This document shows, one piece after another, positions 47,081-58,909 of a DNA stretch of 64,000 nucleotides. The notes under the pieces were generated by a model, which was given only the letters and a program-made list of their open reading frames with translations, was not told the DNA's origin and did no database searches. The stretch covers positions 67,778,464 through 67,842,463 of the forward strand of contig NC_043011.1 in the NCBI RefSeq assembly GCF_006345805.1. Reading direction: 5' to 3'. This stretch comes from Octopus sinensis (Eukaryota). Each line of letters starts with the position of its first letter. Position 1 is the stretch's first letter. Both the position numbers and the translations under genes were made by a program.

Positions 47081-47554
47081 TTCGTAAGAGGGTGTTCTAG
47101 ACCTGTTTCGAGTTTGACTGCTATTTGGGTTGGAACCGGCACGAGGTATTAATCTGAGATAGCTATCCCTCAAATGTGCAGGGTGGCAAATACCAAATGT
47201 TTGCTTTGGTGCATTATTTCCTGATTGTTGTGTCTTAATTCAAAAATAACATCTGAGCCAATTGAGAACTTCTGAGCTTTCTCTTGAGACAAAATGTCTA
47301 TCTGTTGATAATATCCACTCCAGATGTTTTCGAGATGTAATATCTATACTGTATCCTGTAGTAGAGATCCACCTTGGGAGTTCAAGAGTTTCAAGAAGTA
47401 TGGTGTTACCGTTAGACACCACTACTCCCAAATCCGTTCTGATTCGAGATGGTAACGCCGTCAAGCGCACAAATAGAAGGAAAACGTTTCTGTGGTTAAG
47501 GCATTCTGGATTAGACATGTGTCCACAAAATTATTCATGAAGATCTGAACAGGT

Positions 47555-48325
47555 ACAAAATTTTGCGCTAAGTTTGTTTCCAATGTTTCAAAGACGAACA
47601 GAAGGTAAGACACGTTGGTGACAGCAAGGAGATGGTTGGACTCATTAGCTCCAATACAAGAGTACTTTGGTCTCTGGTGATGTGACGAAAGCAGGATATG
47701 ATCCAGAGACCAACAGACAGAGTGCCCATTGGAAGCATCTTGGCTTCCCCAGACCCAAAAAGACCAGACAAGGCAAGTCCACCAAGAAGCTCATGATGAT
47801 CCTCTTTTCGATAGAAAGAGCATCATATACATTATCTGGATTCCCCCTGGACAGATAGTCGACGAAGAGAACTTTGTGGAGGTTTTGAGGGAGTTCAGGA
47901 AGAGATTTCGTCGCAAAAGACCAGAGATCTTTCTCTCGAGTCGGTAACATCAACACAGAACAATGCACCAGTCCGCAATTCCATCCTAGTAACCAACTAT
48001 TTGACAAAGATGGGCATAAAAACTGTCCTTTCCCCTCCCTACAGTCCAGACCTTGCTTCCTGTGACTTTTGCTTGTTCCCCAATCTGAAGGAGAACTTCA
48101 TAGTCAATCGTTTTGAAGACACGGGAAGATGAAGGAGGCTGCAACAAGGTGTTCGGACACCTTCAATTTGGATGAATTCCATAGAAGACTTCACGAAGAC
48201 ACTGAAACACTACAACAAGTGCATTGAAGTCAAAAGATCCTACTTTGAAGAAGATTAGAGTTTTGTACTTCTTTGAAATTAATAAATGTCTCTCCTGAAA
48301 AAGTCTCAAAACTTCTGAAATACAC
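47555..48325 (+). pseudogene. mariner (DD34D-type) transposase relic
   Basis: GYDPETNRQSAHWKH.G.PRPKK.RQ.KST.KLMMI.F; VLREFRKRFRRKRPE; NAPV.NSILV; PPYSPDLA.CDF.LFP. Confidence 0.88.
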
Positions 48326-48514
48326 ATTTTATCCCGAAAACCTTTAACTGTAATGCTTAGGACTTTTAAACTCGTAGGATGATGGATACCCTATTTGATG
48401 GCATAAAAGCCACACGAGTATATTAGATGCACACCCAATTTCAGTAGCTTATTCAGGAAAAAAGTTTTAAATGTATTTTAAAAAATGTAATGTTTAAAGC
48501 AGCGTATTAAGATC

Positions 48515-48700
48515 GCGAGCTTAGCACGCCGGACAAAATGCTTAGCTGCATTTCATCCGCCTTTGTGTTCTAAATTCAAATTCCGCCGAGGTCGACTTCG
48601 TCTTTCGGGGTCTATAAAATGAATAGTAGTTGAACACTGAAGTCAATGTACTCGGCTTACTCCTCCCCTAAAATTGGTGGCCCTGTGCCAAAATTTGAAA
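48515..48700 (+). mobile_element. diverged SINE family A
   Basis: TTAGCACGCCGGACAAAATGCTTAGC...CCGCCGAGGTCGACTT. Confidence 0.75.
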
Positions 48701-49059
48701 ATAATATTTAAAGCCACTTCGTATATAGAATCCAGGATGATTCTCTTTTCAGCTTTTTTCTGATATGCCATCAAAAACTAATTTCCAAATCTGCTTGGCC
48801 TAAAGTATCACCATCAGGAACATTGCCGGTTCTGGATAAACTCTATAAATATGTTTGTGCAGCAAACAAAACAAATCGTTAACATATGCGTTCATCCCTT
48901 TCGCTGTGGTTGTTTTTCTTTTCCTTTTTCTTTTCTTTTTTTCTTTTTCTTTTTTGTGAATCGGCGAATTGGATGTCGCTGCTTTCATTTGTGTTTCTTT
49001 CAGTGGTGCCCTTTCGTCTGGACTCTCATATATATATATATTATATATATATATATATA

Positions 49060-49099
<40 letters not shown>

Positions 49100-49399
49100 G
49101 GGGCTTTTTTTGTTGATACATCTAAATCCATTCCTTTTAGATATTCTTAGGTTTATCTTTTCAATAAGGAACCTATTGAAGAGATAAAAAGTTTTAGTTA
49201 GGAAGTTCTCGTAATGTCAGATAACCTGGAAAGGGAGACCGTGAGTCAATAACGATGAGGCTGGAAGCGTTTATGTGGTCACTGCTCTTGTCAAGAACAG
49301 CAATCAACATTATCATCATCATCATCACCACCCCCATTATCATCATCCTCATCATCATCATTATCCCCTCGAACATTACTGTTTCGAGTCCTAGTACTC

Positions 49400-49746
49400 G
49401 CAAGGCCAGTTTTCCCATGAGGTGTAGGGGGGCAGAGATCAAACCACCCCTTCTGAACGGGACCCCAATCCATTGCAGGGTGACCCGTTTACAGCTAAGT
49501 GAACTGAAGCAATGTGAAACGAAGTGTTCTTGCTCAAGAACGCTTTGTTCAAAGCCTCCCTTGACCTCAAGTGGCCTGAACTCTTTACACCCTGCACTTA
49601 ACTCCATGTCCCTCTACATGGCCTTGCTATTTGCTTTTGGGTCAATTTAACTAACTAACTAACTAAGAACACAATGCATCGCCCGGTCCGGAAATCGAAA
49701 CCACGATCTTCCAGTCGTGAGCGCAATACCCTGGCCACTCGGCCAC
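49400..49746 (-). mobile_element. SINE family C copy interrupted by a 123-bp insertion
   Basis: SINE sequence resumes exactly after duplicated AAGAAC. Confidence 0.75.
49542..49664 (+). mobile_element. short retro-insertion with (AACT)n tail and 6-bp TSD AAGAAC
   Basis: TSD at 49536-41 and 49665-70; tail TAACTAACTAACTAACT. Confidence 0.7.
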
Positions 49747-50263
49747 ACAGCCAGATCTCCATTAACTCGCATCACCCAGCAATTTTCATTAGATAGTGAA
49801 CTCCCATAATTATTATGCTTTGTAAAAAAAAAGAAGAGGGAGACGGAACGGTCACGGTTGGAAAGCCTTTGATCATAGCTCTGTCCGTCGGGGTTGGCAA
49901 AGAGCTAATACATAAACAACAGCAAAATAAACAAATTTAGTTACGGTTAGAGAGGATAGAATAAGATATATTAGAAATAGTTATTCCTGTTCGAAAATAA
50001 AGATAAAACGTCTGCAATGTGAAGTGAAAGAAGAATTGCGGAAATCATCTTCTAAAATTCCCAAGACATGTGTTTTAGTTAGCGAAAGAGTAAATATTTC
50101 TAAACATACAACATAACAATAAGTAAAGATGGGTTAGTAATGTCACAGTAACTACGCAATACATATGGCCTAAACATTAAACCTCTGTCGGTTTCTTTCC
50201 TTCTCTTTTTATGCACTTGCATATGTGCGCGTGCAGGTTTGTATGTTAGTGGGCATATATTGC

Positions 50264-50308
<45 letters not shown>

Positions 50309-50384
50309 GTAGTGGACATATATATATATGCACACTTCCACACACACACTGATAGTTGCATACACATTTATATGTATGTATATA

Positions 50385-50417
<33 letters not shown>

Positions 50418-51732
50418 ATGTATATATGTATTTTTGCATGTATGTATATGCATAGATATACATATGTATACCGTTATGTATAAATACATGCATATATGTG
50501 TGAGTCTGTGTGTGTAAATATATATATATATATATATACATACATACTTGAATACATATACACATACATATATGCATGTATATATATCTATATAAATGTA
50601 TACATACGTAAGTATACTTAGGTTTACATGCTTATAGGCAAATATATGCATATACATATACACATATGGAAAGCGACAAACATATATACATAAATAGATA
50701 GATAGATAGATAGATATAGATAGATAAATATATGTTGGCATTTGTGTGTGAGTGTGTGTGTGTGTGTGTGTGCGTGTATGGATGTATATATGTTTATTAC
50801 ACATACATGCCTATATATGTGTGTGTGTATTTGTGCGTGTGTGTTTGTGTGTGTGTATAATATACATAAATACACACACATAATTCTAGAAACTTACCTC
50901 CGGTAATTTTGAAGAAAAGAATAAAAAGAAGATTAAAAAAGAAAGAAAGAAGAAAAGGAAGGAAGAAAAAAGAAGAAAAGGATTCTGTTTGTTAGCTGGT
51001 GATGTTGTTTATGGTGCTGTTGCTGCTTCGGTAGTGTAATTGTTTCAAAAGTGGAAAAATTCTTGATATTTTTATCTTATGATATAATCTACAAGACTGA
51101 CGGAAGACTTTCAGTTCTATTCTTAGACTACTAACCGTTTTAGTGTAGAACTCTTGTTAAGTTTTTCCTAAAAAGATCAATTGTTTACCGTCTTCCTGCA
51201 GAAGTTAAAATATTCCTTCAGTTTTACCCATAATTCCAGAGCAACGCAAATGTTTTCGAGAGAGAACGCCAGAGTGTATGTGTGTGCATATGTGAGTGTG
51301 TATCTGTGTGTATGACAGTCTGCGTGTACATGTATGTGTAAGCTTCTGTGGTGTATATATGTGGGATGGTGAAATGTGTGATTTATAAATAAACTGTTTT
51401 AGTTGAAAATATTTCTTATCATACACACAGTAACTACGGACCGACTTAGAGAATTTGGAACCAAAGTAACATTTCTTTTAGAAGATTTTCCTTTGCCAAA
51501 ATAAATTCTATGTGAAATTTTAACTTTTTTCTCTTTTTCTCTTGTTACAATGTCATTTTTGTTCCTTTCCATTTTAGGAATTAAGAAATGCGTCTTGTAG
51601 ACTTTTGATTAGCTCTAGTATAACCGAAAGAGATTGCCTTGAAGCCGTTACCGTCGTCGTTTACAAAGACCTTTAACTGTAATGCGTAGGACTTTTAAAC
51701 TCGTTGGATTATATTATATATAATATATATAT

Positions 51733-51782
<50 letters not shown>

Positions 51783-51785
<3 letters not shown>

Positions 51786-52349
51786 TACCGTCAGAAATTA
51801 ATTAGCACCCTTGATTTGCTCACCATGAAGCATGGTGGGGGTGGTCTGATGGTGTGAGGGGCGTTCAGCTACAGTGGTGTTGAGCGGCTCTATGCCGTCG
51901 AAGGCAACATAAACGCAGCAAAGAACGTTGAGATAGTACGGGATACCCCTTTGGTGGCGAGGAGTACGTGCTGGCCAGTCACCTGACCTGAACCCTATTG
52001 AGAACCTCTGGAGTCGATTGGGTAGGGATTTGAATGTGCAGCAATACAGGAACCGACACGAGCTGTTTGGGGCACTTCTTGCTGCATGAGGGGCCATCCC
52101 TGAACAGTACCTGCAGGCACTCATAGACAGCATGCCGACCCGCATAGCAGCTGTCATTGCTGCCAAAGGAGGAGCAACTAGATATTGACTAAATTTCACG
52201 ATTAATAACAATTATGTGGTGTGCTGGGATATGTTTTAATAAATTTTTCATTAAAAACGAGTTCGTTTCTGATAATAAGTTAATTAAATTAAGAAAATGT
52301 AAGAAAATGTAGAAGTTTGAGAAGTGCTAATTAATTTCCGACGCAAGTG
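51783..52349 (+). mobile_element. internally deleted Tc1-like element
   Basis: 26-bp TIRs (23/26 identical), TA TSD; TMKHGGGGLMV, WPA.SPDLNPIENLW, IDSMPTRIAAVIAAKGGATRY. Confidence 0.9.
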
Positions 52350-52361
52350 TATATGTAATTA

Positions 52362-52443
<82 letters not shown>

Positions 52444-52454
<11 letters not shown>

Positions 52455-52720
52455 ATTCGAGACAAAACCACTATTTTAAAACCAAACAAGGAAAGACTTA
52501 ATCAATACATAAAATTTTAATATAAATTAAATAAATAAATTATTTAATTTATATTAAAATTTTATGTATTGATTAAGTCTTTCCTTGTTTGGTTTTAAAA
52601 TAGTGGTTTTGTCTCGAATTATATTATATAATATTTTACTATAAAATTGGATTTAACCCTAAATCTGATTTTTCCCTGTAATTTTGGATTCATTCCCTAA
52701 TATTTATTATTATTATATAT
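52444..52720 (+). mobile_element. perfect 91-bp-arm palindrome plus tail, same family as 33309-33677
   Basis: 52444-52534 / 52540-52630 inverted, 5-nt loop. Confidence 0.8.
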
Positions 52721-52779
52721 ATATATATATATAATTTATGTGAGATAGAAAGATGAATAATCTTGTAGTAGATTAATCA

Positions 52780-53058
52780 AAAGTTTAACCGATACCTTAG
52801 TAGCAAAAATCACAGCAGTAAACAGCACGGTTGGAGGTACAACCATATGGTGTTGCAACCGTGCGGATAATTGAAATTAAAACATTATTGGTGAATTGAA
52901 GAAATGGAGCTGAACGCAGATTGAACAGAAATCGTTTTATTTCATTCTACACGTGTTTCGAAAGGCGGTAATTGTGCCTTTCGAAACACGTGTAGAATGA
53001 AATAAAACGATTTCTGTTCAATCTGCGTTCAGCTCCATTTCTTCAATTCACCAATAAT
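52780..53058 (-). mobile_element. second copy of the 6.4-kb hammerhead family with perfect 83-bp inverted duplication
   Basis: 52884-52966 / 52976-53058 exact reverse complements; contains the 3' half of the hammerhead (CTTTC GAAAC ACGT GTA GAA) on both strands. Confidence 0.8.
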
Positions 53059-53091
53059 ATATATATATTATATATATTATATATATATATA

Positions 53092-53146
<55 letters not shown>

Positions 53147-53175
53147 ATATATACACACATATACATATATACATA

Positions 53176-53226
<51 letters not shown>

Positions 53227-53263
53227 ATATATACACACATATACATATATACATATATACATA

Positions 53264-53309
<46 letters not shown>

Positions 53310-53348
53310 TATATATATATATATGTATATGTGTGTATATACATATAT

Positions 53349-53383
<35 letters not shown>

Positions 53384-53853
53384 CCTGAAGCTGAGACGAT
53401 AAGACGTGTTTTTACTCCTCTCTGCGCCGGTCAGCAGCAAGCTTCACAGCTACATTCGTCGTAATTGACCATCACATATATTCCTGTATATTTGAAACCA
53501 CGCTTTTTCCCAACTCGTGAGTAGACTTTTCCTTAACCACAAACTATTTTCATAATTTTCAAACGACCAAATATTTTCAAACACCTTCTGATAACTAAAG
53601 GATCACCCACACATTAAAAATTAGAAAAAGAGGGGAAAAAAAGAAAAGAAAAGAAAGATAAAATAACTACAAGCTCATAATTCAAATACAAACTTCTCAG
53701 TATTACAGCAAACATTCTGTACAATCAATTCTACATACTTCTCCTTAAAAAAAAAATAAATAAAATAAAATAAAATAAAATAAAATAAAATAATTAAAAG
53801 TAATCAACAAAACAAACGAACAAAATAAAATTTAATAAAACATATCAACCAGA

Positions 53854-55290
53854 ATGGCTAGCCACCAAAAATCCAACAAAAACTGGTCTGATAATGAAGT
53901 CGACGTTCTTATCAACACATGGCATGGCCTTACCGAAACAGAGAGCATAGGTGCTTCGTATCTGAACGAAATTGCTAAACGAGCAGTTCACCATTTGCAA
54001 ACTCGATCTGAACAGCAGATACAAAATAAATTAAAACAAATCGAAGTTGCTTTTAAATTAATAAATAAACACTTCGATAAACTGAGATGTGTTTTCTCTT
54101 CGAACGCATCACCGGCGCAACAACAACAAACTCAGCGGCAACAACAACAACAACAGCTACAGCAACAACAACAACTTCAGCAGCAATAACCTCAGCGGCA
54201 ACAACAACAACAACCTCAGCGGCAACAACAACAACAGATACAGCAACAACAACAGGATGAACCACTCCTCGATTCATCTACAATGGCCGATTTGCTAAAC
54301 GAAACGATTGACCCCCCAGTCATCAGGGTCACACAGCAGGAAGCACGACCCCTTCCTTTCACTGCCCCAGCAGCTCAATCATCATCATTGTCAACACCAT
54401 CTCCTCTGCTTACTACTACTAGTACAACTCCAACTATGTATCGACAAACATCTTTGTCTTGGAATCGACCTCCTCAATCATTACCACTGTCAACATCTCT
54501 TCTACCTACTACTACTACTACAACTACTACTACTAATGCTATCTCAAGGAATTCACCTCCTACAGGTCACAAAGGTCGCCAAAACTTCAACAAACTATCA
54601 TCTACACCAGTGTTTCCCAACCTTTTTTCCCGGCGCCCCACTTTTTCATAGCAAAAGTTTTTACGCCCCACCTTTTCCCATGTCCACTCACATTTACAAG
54701 TACATGTGGGCCTACTTACAATTATTTTCACAGCCCACGTCTATGCCCCGCGCCCCACCTGAATTTTCTCAGGCCCCACCAGTGGGGCGTACGCCCCACC
54801 TTGGGAATCACTGATCTACACCTTTCACAACTCACACACACACGCACCTATACACCCACTCGAAACCCCATCATTTGCCGATATTCTCTTCGCCATAGAC
54901 TGTGAACTGATAGAGACTGCAAATTCACCCATTTACCTGGAACAAAACGCTCTATCCCCACAAACTACAACAGCAACCACCATAATACAACACCACCACA
55001 ACCACCAATATCTCAAACAAGGAATCCCCAAATCTGCCGCTATTCCCAGCGAGACAGATTGTGTCTGCACAGGGATTGCCCCTTTACCCATCTCCCAGGG
55101 ACTCGTCGGACATTTAAAGATAACCACTCACATAAAAATAGCCGCAGCCACAGTCACCTGCGGTTCCCTAGACAGGAAACCACCTCTTCTTCCTCTTTTT
55201 TAGCTATGATGAATCTAGCAAAAGAACTGGAAAAAAACATCCGAGCTATCACCCACCACCATCCACCACAAATACCCCACTGCACATGCC
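53854..55290 (+). pseudogene. LINE ORF1: Myb/SANT-like + polyQ + S/T/P-rich + 2 CCCH fingers, disrupted
   Basis: NWSDNEVDVLINTW...LNEIAKRA...RSEQQIQNKLKQIEVAFK; CCCH at 54876-54932 (second Cys now a stop) and 55035-55091. Confidence 0.75.
54608..54813. mobile_element. hAT MITE nested in LINE ORF1
   Basis: TIR CAGTGTTTCCCAA...TTGGGAATCACTG; perfect 8-bp TSD ATCTACAC (54600-07, 54814-21). Confidence 0.92.
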
Positions 55291-58200
55291 ATTAAAAAGC
55301 AATCAAATAAACAAATCACCAAAACAATTAAAACCATCCACTCTCGCCTCAACATTTCTGCTTAATGCCCAAGGCATCAGCCCTTCCACCAATACACAAA
55401 AATGGAAGATAAGATTCCTGGAGGACTGGGTCGAGGCCCATCCAAACCACATCCCTTTCTTCGTCCTCACTGAAACCCATCTTAGTGACCTCCACTTGGA
55501 AGCCGAGGTGAAAGTTAAAAATTTCAAAACTATTCGTGCTGATCGTGCTGGCAGAAGAAAGGGTGGGACTGCCATTTATGTCCATGATTCATTCTCAACA
55601 GAAGCCATGAACATATTTTCGAATGGATACTGCGAAGCAGTCGCTGTATTCAGTCAAACCAACAACTTAACAGTAGTTGGGCTCTACAGACCACCCCAAA
55701 CGCCCCTACCATGCTTCAAGGAATGCCTCAACAGCATAAAGTGTTTCATTCAGCAGTGTCAACCTGACAACATTTTAATGATGGGAGACTTCAACCTTCC
55801 CGGGGTTGACTGGTCTACAAACAGTCTGCCGCCAGGTTCTTCTCTCTCAACCCCTGACAGGGAGGCAGTGGAATCGCTTCTTGACTTCATGGATGACTTC
55901 TTCTTGTCCCAACTGGTACTCAAACCAACGAGATGTCACAAAAACGTCTTAGACTTAATTTTCAGCAATCACACTGATACTATCCACAATATTGCAGTGG
56001 AGAAAACCCTACTCTCCGACCATGACATGGTTCTCTGTGATCTGAAATTTCACTGGCCAAAATGCAAAACAAATGTCATCCCTCCTGTTCATCCATTTGA
56101 CACTATGGATTTCCACAATGCAAACTGGGAAGCGATCAATAATGATCTTGCACAAGTCGATTGGTCCTTCACGCACACATACACACCCACTAACATTAAA
56201 AAGTCCTGGCAGTCACTTGTAGACATCATCACGAACATATGTGCAAGACACACCCCATTAAGATCTGCAAACAAATCTAAGTGTCGAATCCCTAGAAATA
56301 GAAAATCTCTCATAAGGAAAATTAAAAGAATCAACAAAAAGATCAACATGCTGAAATACTGTCAACAGCAACACACCAACCTGACTGCCATCTCGTCGCT
56401 AGAGATTAAAAAACATAAACTCCAAAACAACATGATGTCTATCATCAATAGTCAGCGAAGAGCTGAAGAGGCCTGGGCCATTGAGAAGATCAAACTCAAT
56501 CCCAAGTGTTCTTTTCATTTGCAAAAAAACACAGAGTCACTGGTTCTACTGTTGGCCCTCTGATTGATGAAAATGGTACTCTTCAAGACAATGCCAAAAC
56601 CATGGGAGAGATATTGCAGAAACAATATTGCTCTGTTTTCAGCAATCCTGATATGACTGATCTGGGCTGTATCAGTGATGTTACTCCCCAATACACTTTA
56701 TCGGACATAACATTTGGCGCTCCTGATGTCTTAGCAGCAATAAAGGAAATGAAGCATAATTCAGCAGTAGGTCCCGATAGGTTCCTGCTTGTGTCTTGAA
56801 GATGTGTCAAAACCAACTTGCACCCCCTCTAGCCAATCTGTGGCGGAACTCACTGGATGCTGGATATATACCAGAGGACCTTCTATCCCAGTCTGTTGTC
56901 CCAGTTTCAAAAAAGGAAACAAATCGCTTGCCGTGAATTACCGTCCAATCTCACTCACCTCTCATATCATCAAGGTATTTGAGAGGGTGCTGAGATCGCG
57001 TATGACTCACTTCCTTGAGAGGCATAATATGCTGAACCCCAACCAGCATGGATTCCGTAATGGGAGAGATTGCCTGACGCAGCTACTGCATCATTTTGAT
57101 GACATTTTGAGAGCCTTGGGAGAAGGTTCCAACACTGATGTCATCTACCTTTATTTCAGCAAGGCCTTTGACAGGGTTGATCATAAGATCCTTCTGAGAA
57201 AGCTGTCCAATATTGGTGTCACTGGAAAGTTGCTGCAGTGGATCAAGTGCTTCCTGTCTAACAGAACCCAACATGTGGTAGTCGAAGGAGTCAAATCCAG
57301 CCCAGCCAAAATCAGCAGTGGTGTCCCACAAGGCACTGTGTTGGGCCCACTTCTCTTCATCATCTACATAAATGATATTACTGATACCATCAAACACAGT
57401 AACATCAGAAATTTCGCTGATGACTCCAAGCTCCAGAAGGTCATCAATGGCGTGGATGACCGAATAAACCTTCAGTCAGACCTACTGGCTGTTGTCCAAT
57501 GGGCGGAAAAGAATAACATGTTGCTAAATGAAGACAAATTTGAACTGATCCACTTTGGAAGGGAGGACACTCTGAAACTCCCATACTCTCTTCCTTCTGG
57601 AGAAATTCTCATGGCATCCAACAACATCAGAGACCTGGGAGTAACAGTGGACAACAACATAAGCTGGGCTACACATATAAGCAGCAAAGTTGACATGGCC
57701 CGCAGAATGTGTTCCTGGATTCTCAGAACCTTCCAGTCGAGAGATTCCTACGCTATTATCCTTCTCTTCTCCACTTTTGCCCGACCCCACCTTGAATACT
57801 GCTGTCCACTGTGGTCTCCCTACACAAAACAAAATATTATGAGAATTGAAGCTCCCCAAAGGTCAATCACAAAAAAGATAGATGGCATGTCAGACCTTGA
57901 CTACTGGGGTAGACTAGAGAAGCTGAAATTGTATTCACTCCAACGACGCCGTGAACGCTACATTATCTGTATGATGTGGAAAATATTCCACCAGCACTGT
58001 CCAAATGATGTTGGCATCACCTTCAAAATGCATCCAAGGCTTGGACCACGTGCCATCCGTCCACAACAAAAATCTAAATTGCATCACATAACGACAATAC
58101 GGCACAACTATTTCACCTCAATTGGACCTGCTCTCTTCAACATTACACCAGGGCACATCAAAAAAGAAACTGACCACACAAAATTCAAGAAGTCTTTGGA

Positions 58201-58300
58201 CAAATTCCTTCAAACAGTACCGGACAAACCACCCACACCTGGATATGTCTCCGCAAACAATAACTCTCTGCTCGAATGGGCCTTGGTGCCCAAATCCTGA
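55286..58300 (+). pseudogene. LINE ORF2 (APE + RT), two frameshifts (~56510, ~56790)
   Basis: LLNAQGI, LTETHL, MMGDFNLP, LDLIF, LSDH; [55 protein letters not shown]. Confidence 0.93.
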
Positions 58301-58396
58301 ACTGAAAGACTTCACCAGGTGGTGCTATTAAGTTAGACATGGCCTGGGCCAATACTGGCCAAAACCTTTCTAAGTTATTCTAAGTTATGTATATGT

Positions 58397-58909
58397 GTGT
58401 ATAAAAGAAGGGCTGGTAGAGCTAAAGGAAAAGCTCAAGCAGGACCAAAGGGTGAAAAAACCAGGAATAGAAGTGGAACCGCAAAAGATAGAAACGGACA
58501 GCGCACACAGGTGTGTAGGTTCTACCTGAGAGGTTCCTGCTGGCATGGAAAGGAAGGTGCAGGCTGCCGCTTTGCACATTGGGGACCCTGCCACAGAGAC
58601 ACGAGGCAGATGGACAAACCATCAACACAAGGAAAAGGGATGGACCACGCACCACTTGCCCCAAAGCGGAGGTACGCAGATGTTGTGCGTGCCACAAACC
58701 ACCAACATGATGTTGTCGAAAGGGCAGCTGCTGAGCAACAATCTTTTTTGTGCATGGCACAAAAGATTGTACAGCAGCTGACCTGGCTTCATCAAACCCA
58801 AGCCCGCAGGTGGGACTACCCACTATATACCAGACCACCACCACAGCAAACAGACCCAGGATGGACACCACCGGCAACAACATACACCTCACCTCGATGC
58901 TCCTACTGA
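58397..58909 (+). CDS. LINE ORF1 C-terminal part with CCCH finger
   Basis: VCRFYLRGSCWHGKEGAGCRFAH (C-x7-C-x8-C-x3-H); overlaps the probable ORF2 start by ~50 nt. Confidence 0.7.
   Translation: MYKRRAGRAKGKAQAGPKGEKTRNRSGTAKDRNGQRTQVCRFYLRGSCWHGKEGAGCRFAHWGPCHRDTRQMDKPSTQGKGMDHAPLAPKRRYADVVRATNHQHDVVERAAAEQQSFLCMAQKIVQQLTWLHQTQARRWDYPLYTRPPPQQTDPGWTPPATTYTSPRCSY

Larger units (their letters stand above)
53383..58388 (+). mobile_element. CR1/Jockey-group LINE copy B (Myb-CCCH ORF1 family), apparently full length
   Basis: 5' motif shared with copy A; ORF1; ORF2 with APE and RT (FADD); 3' UTR; (TTCTAAGTTA)n tail. Confidence 0.93.

Noticed and set aside
48342-48385. ~42-bp sequence repeated at ~51671-51710
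   Set aside because: Too short to classify; probably a fragment of a dispersed repeat.
48745-48880. Plus-strand open frame after a good acceptor (FFLICHQKLISKSAWPKVSPSGTLPVLDKLYKY...)
   Set aside because: Opposite strand to the better exon candidates, weak donor, no recognisable family.
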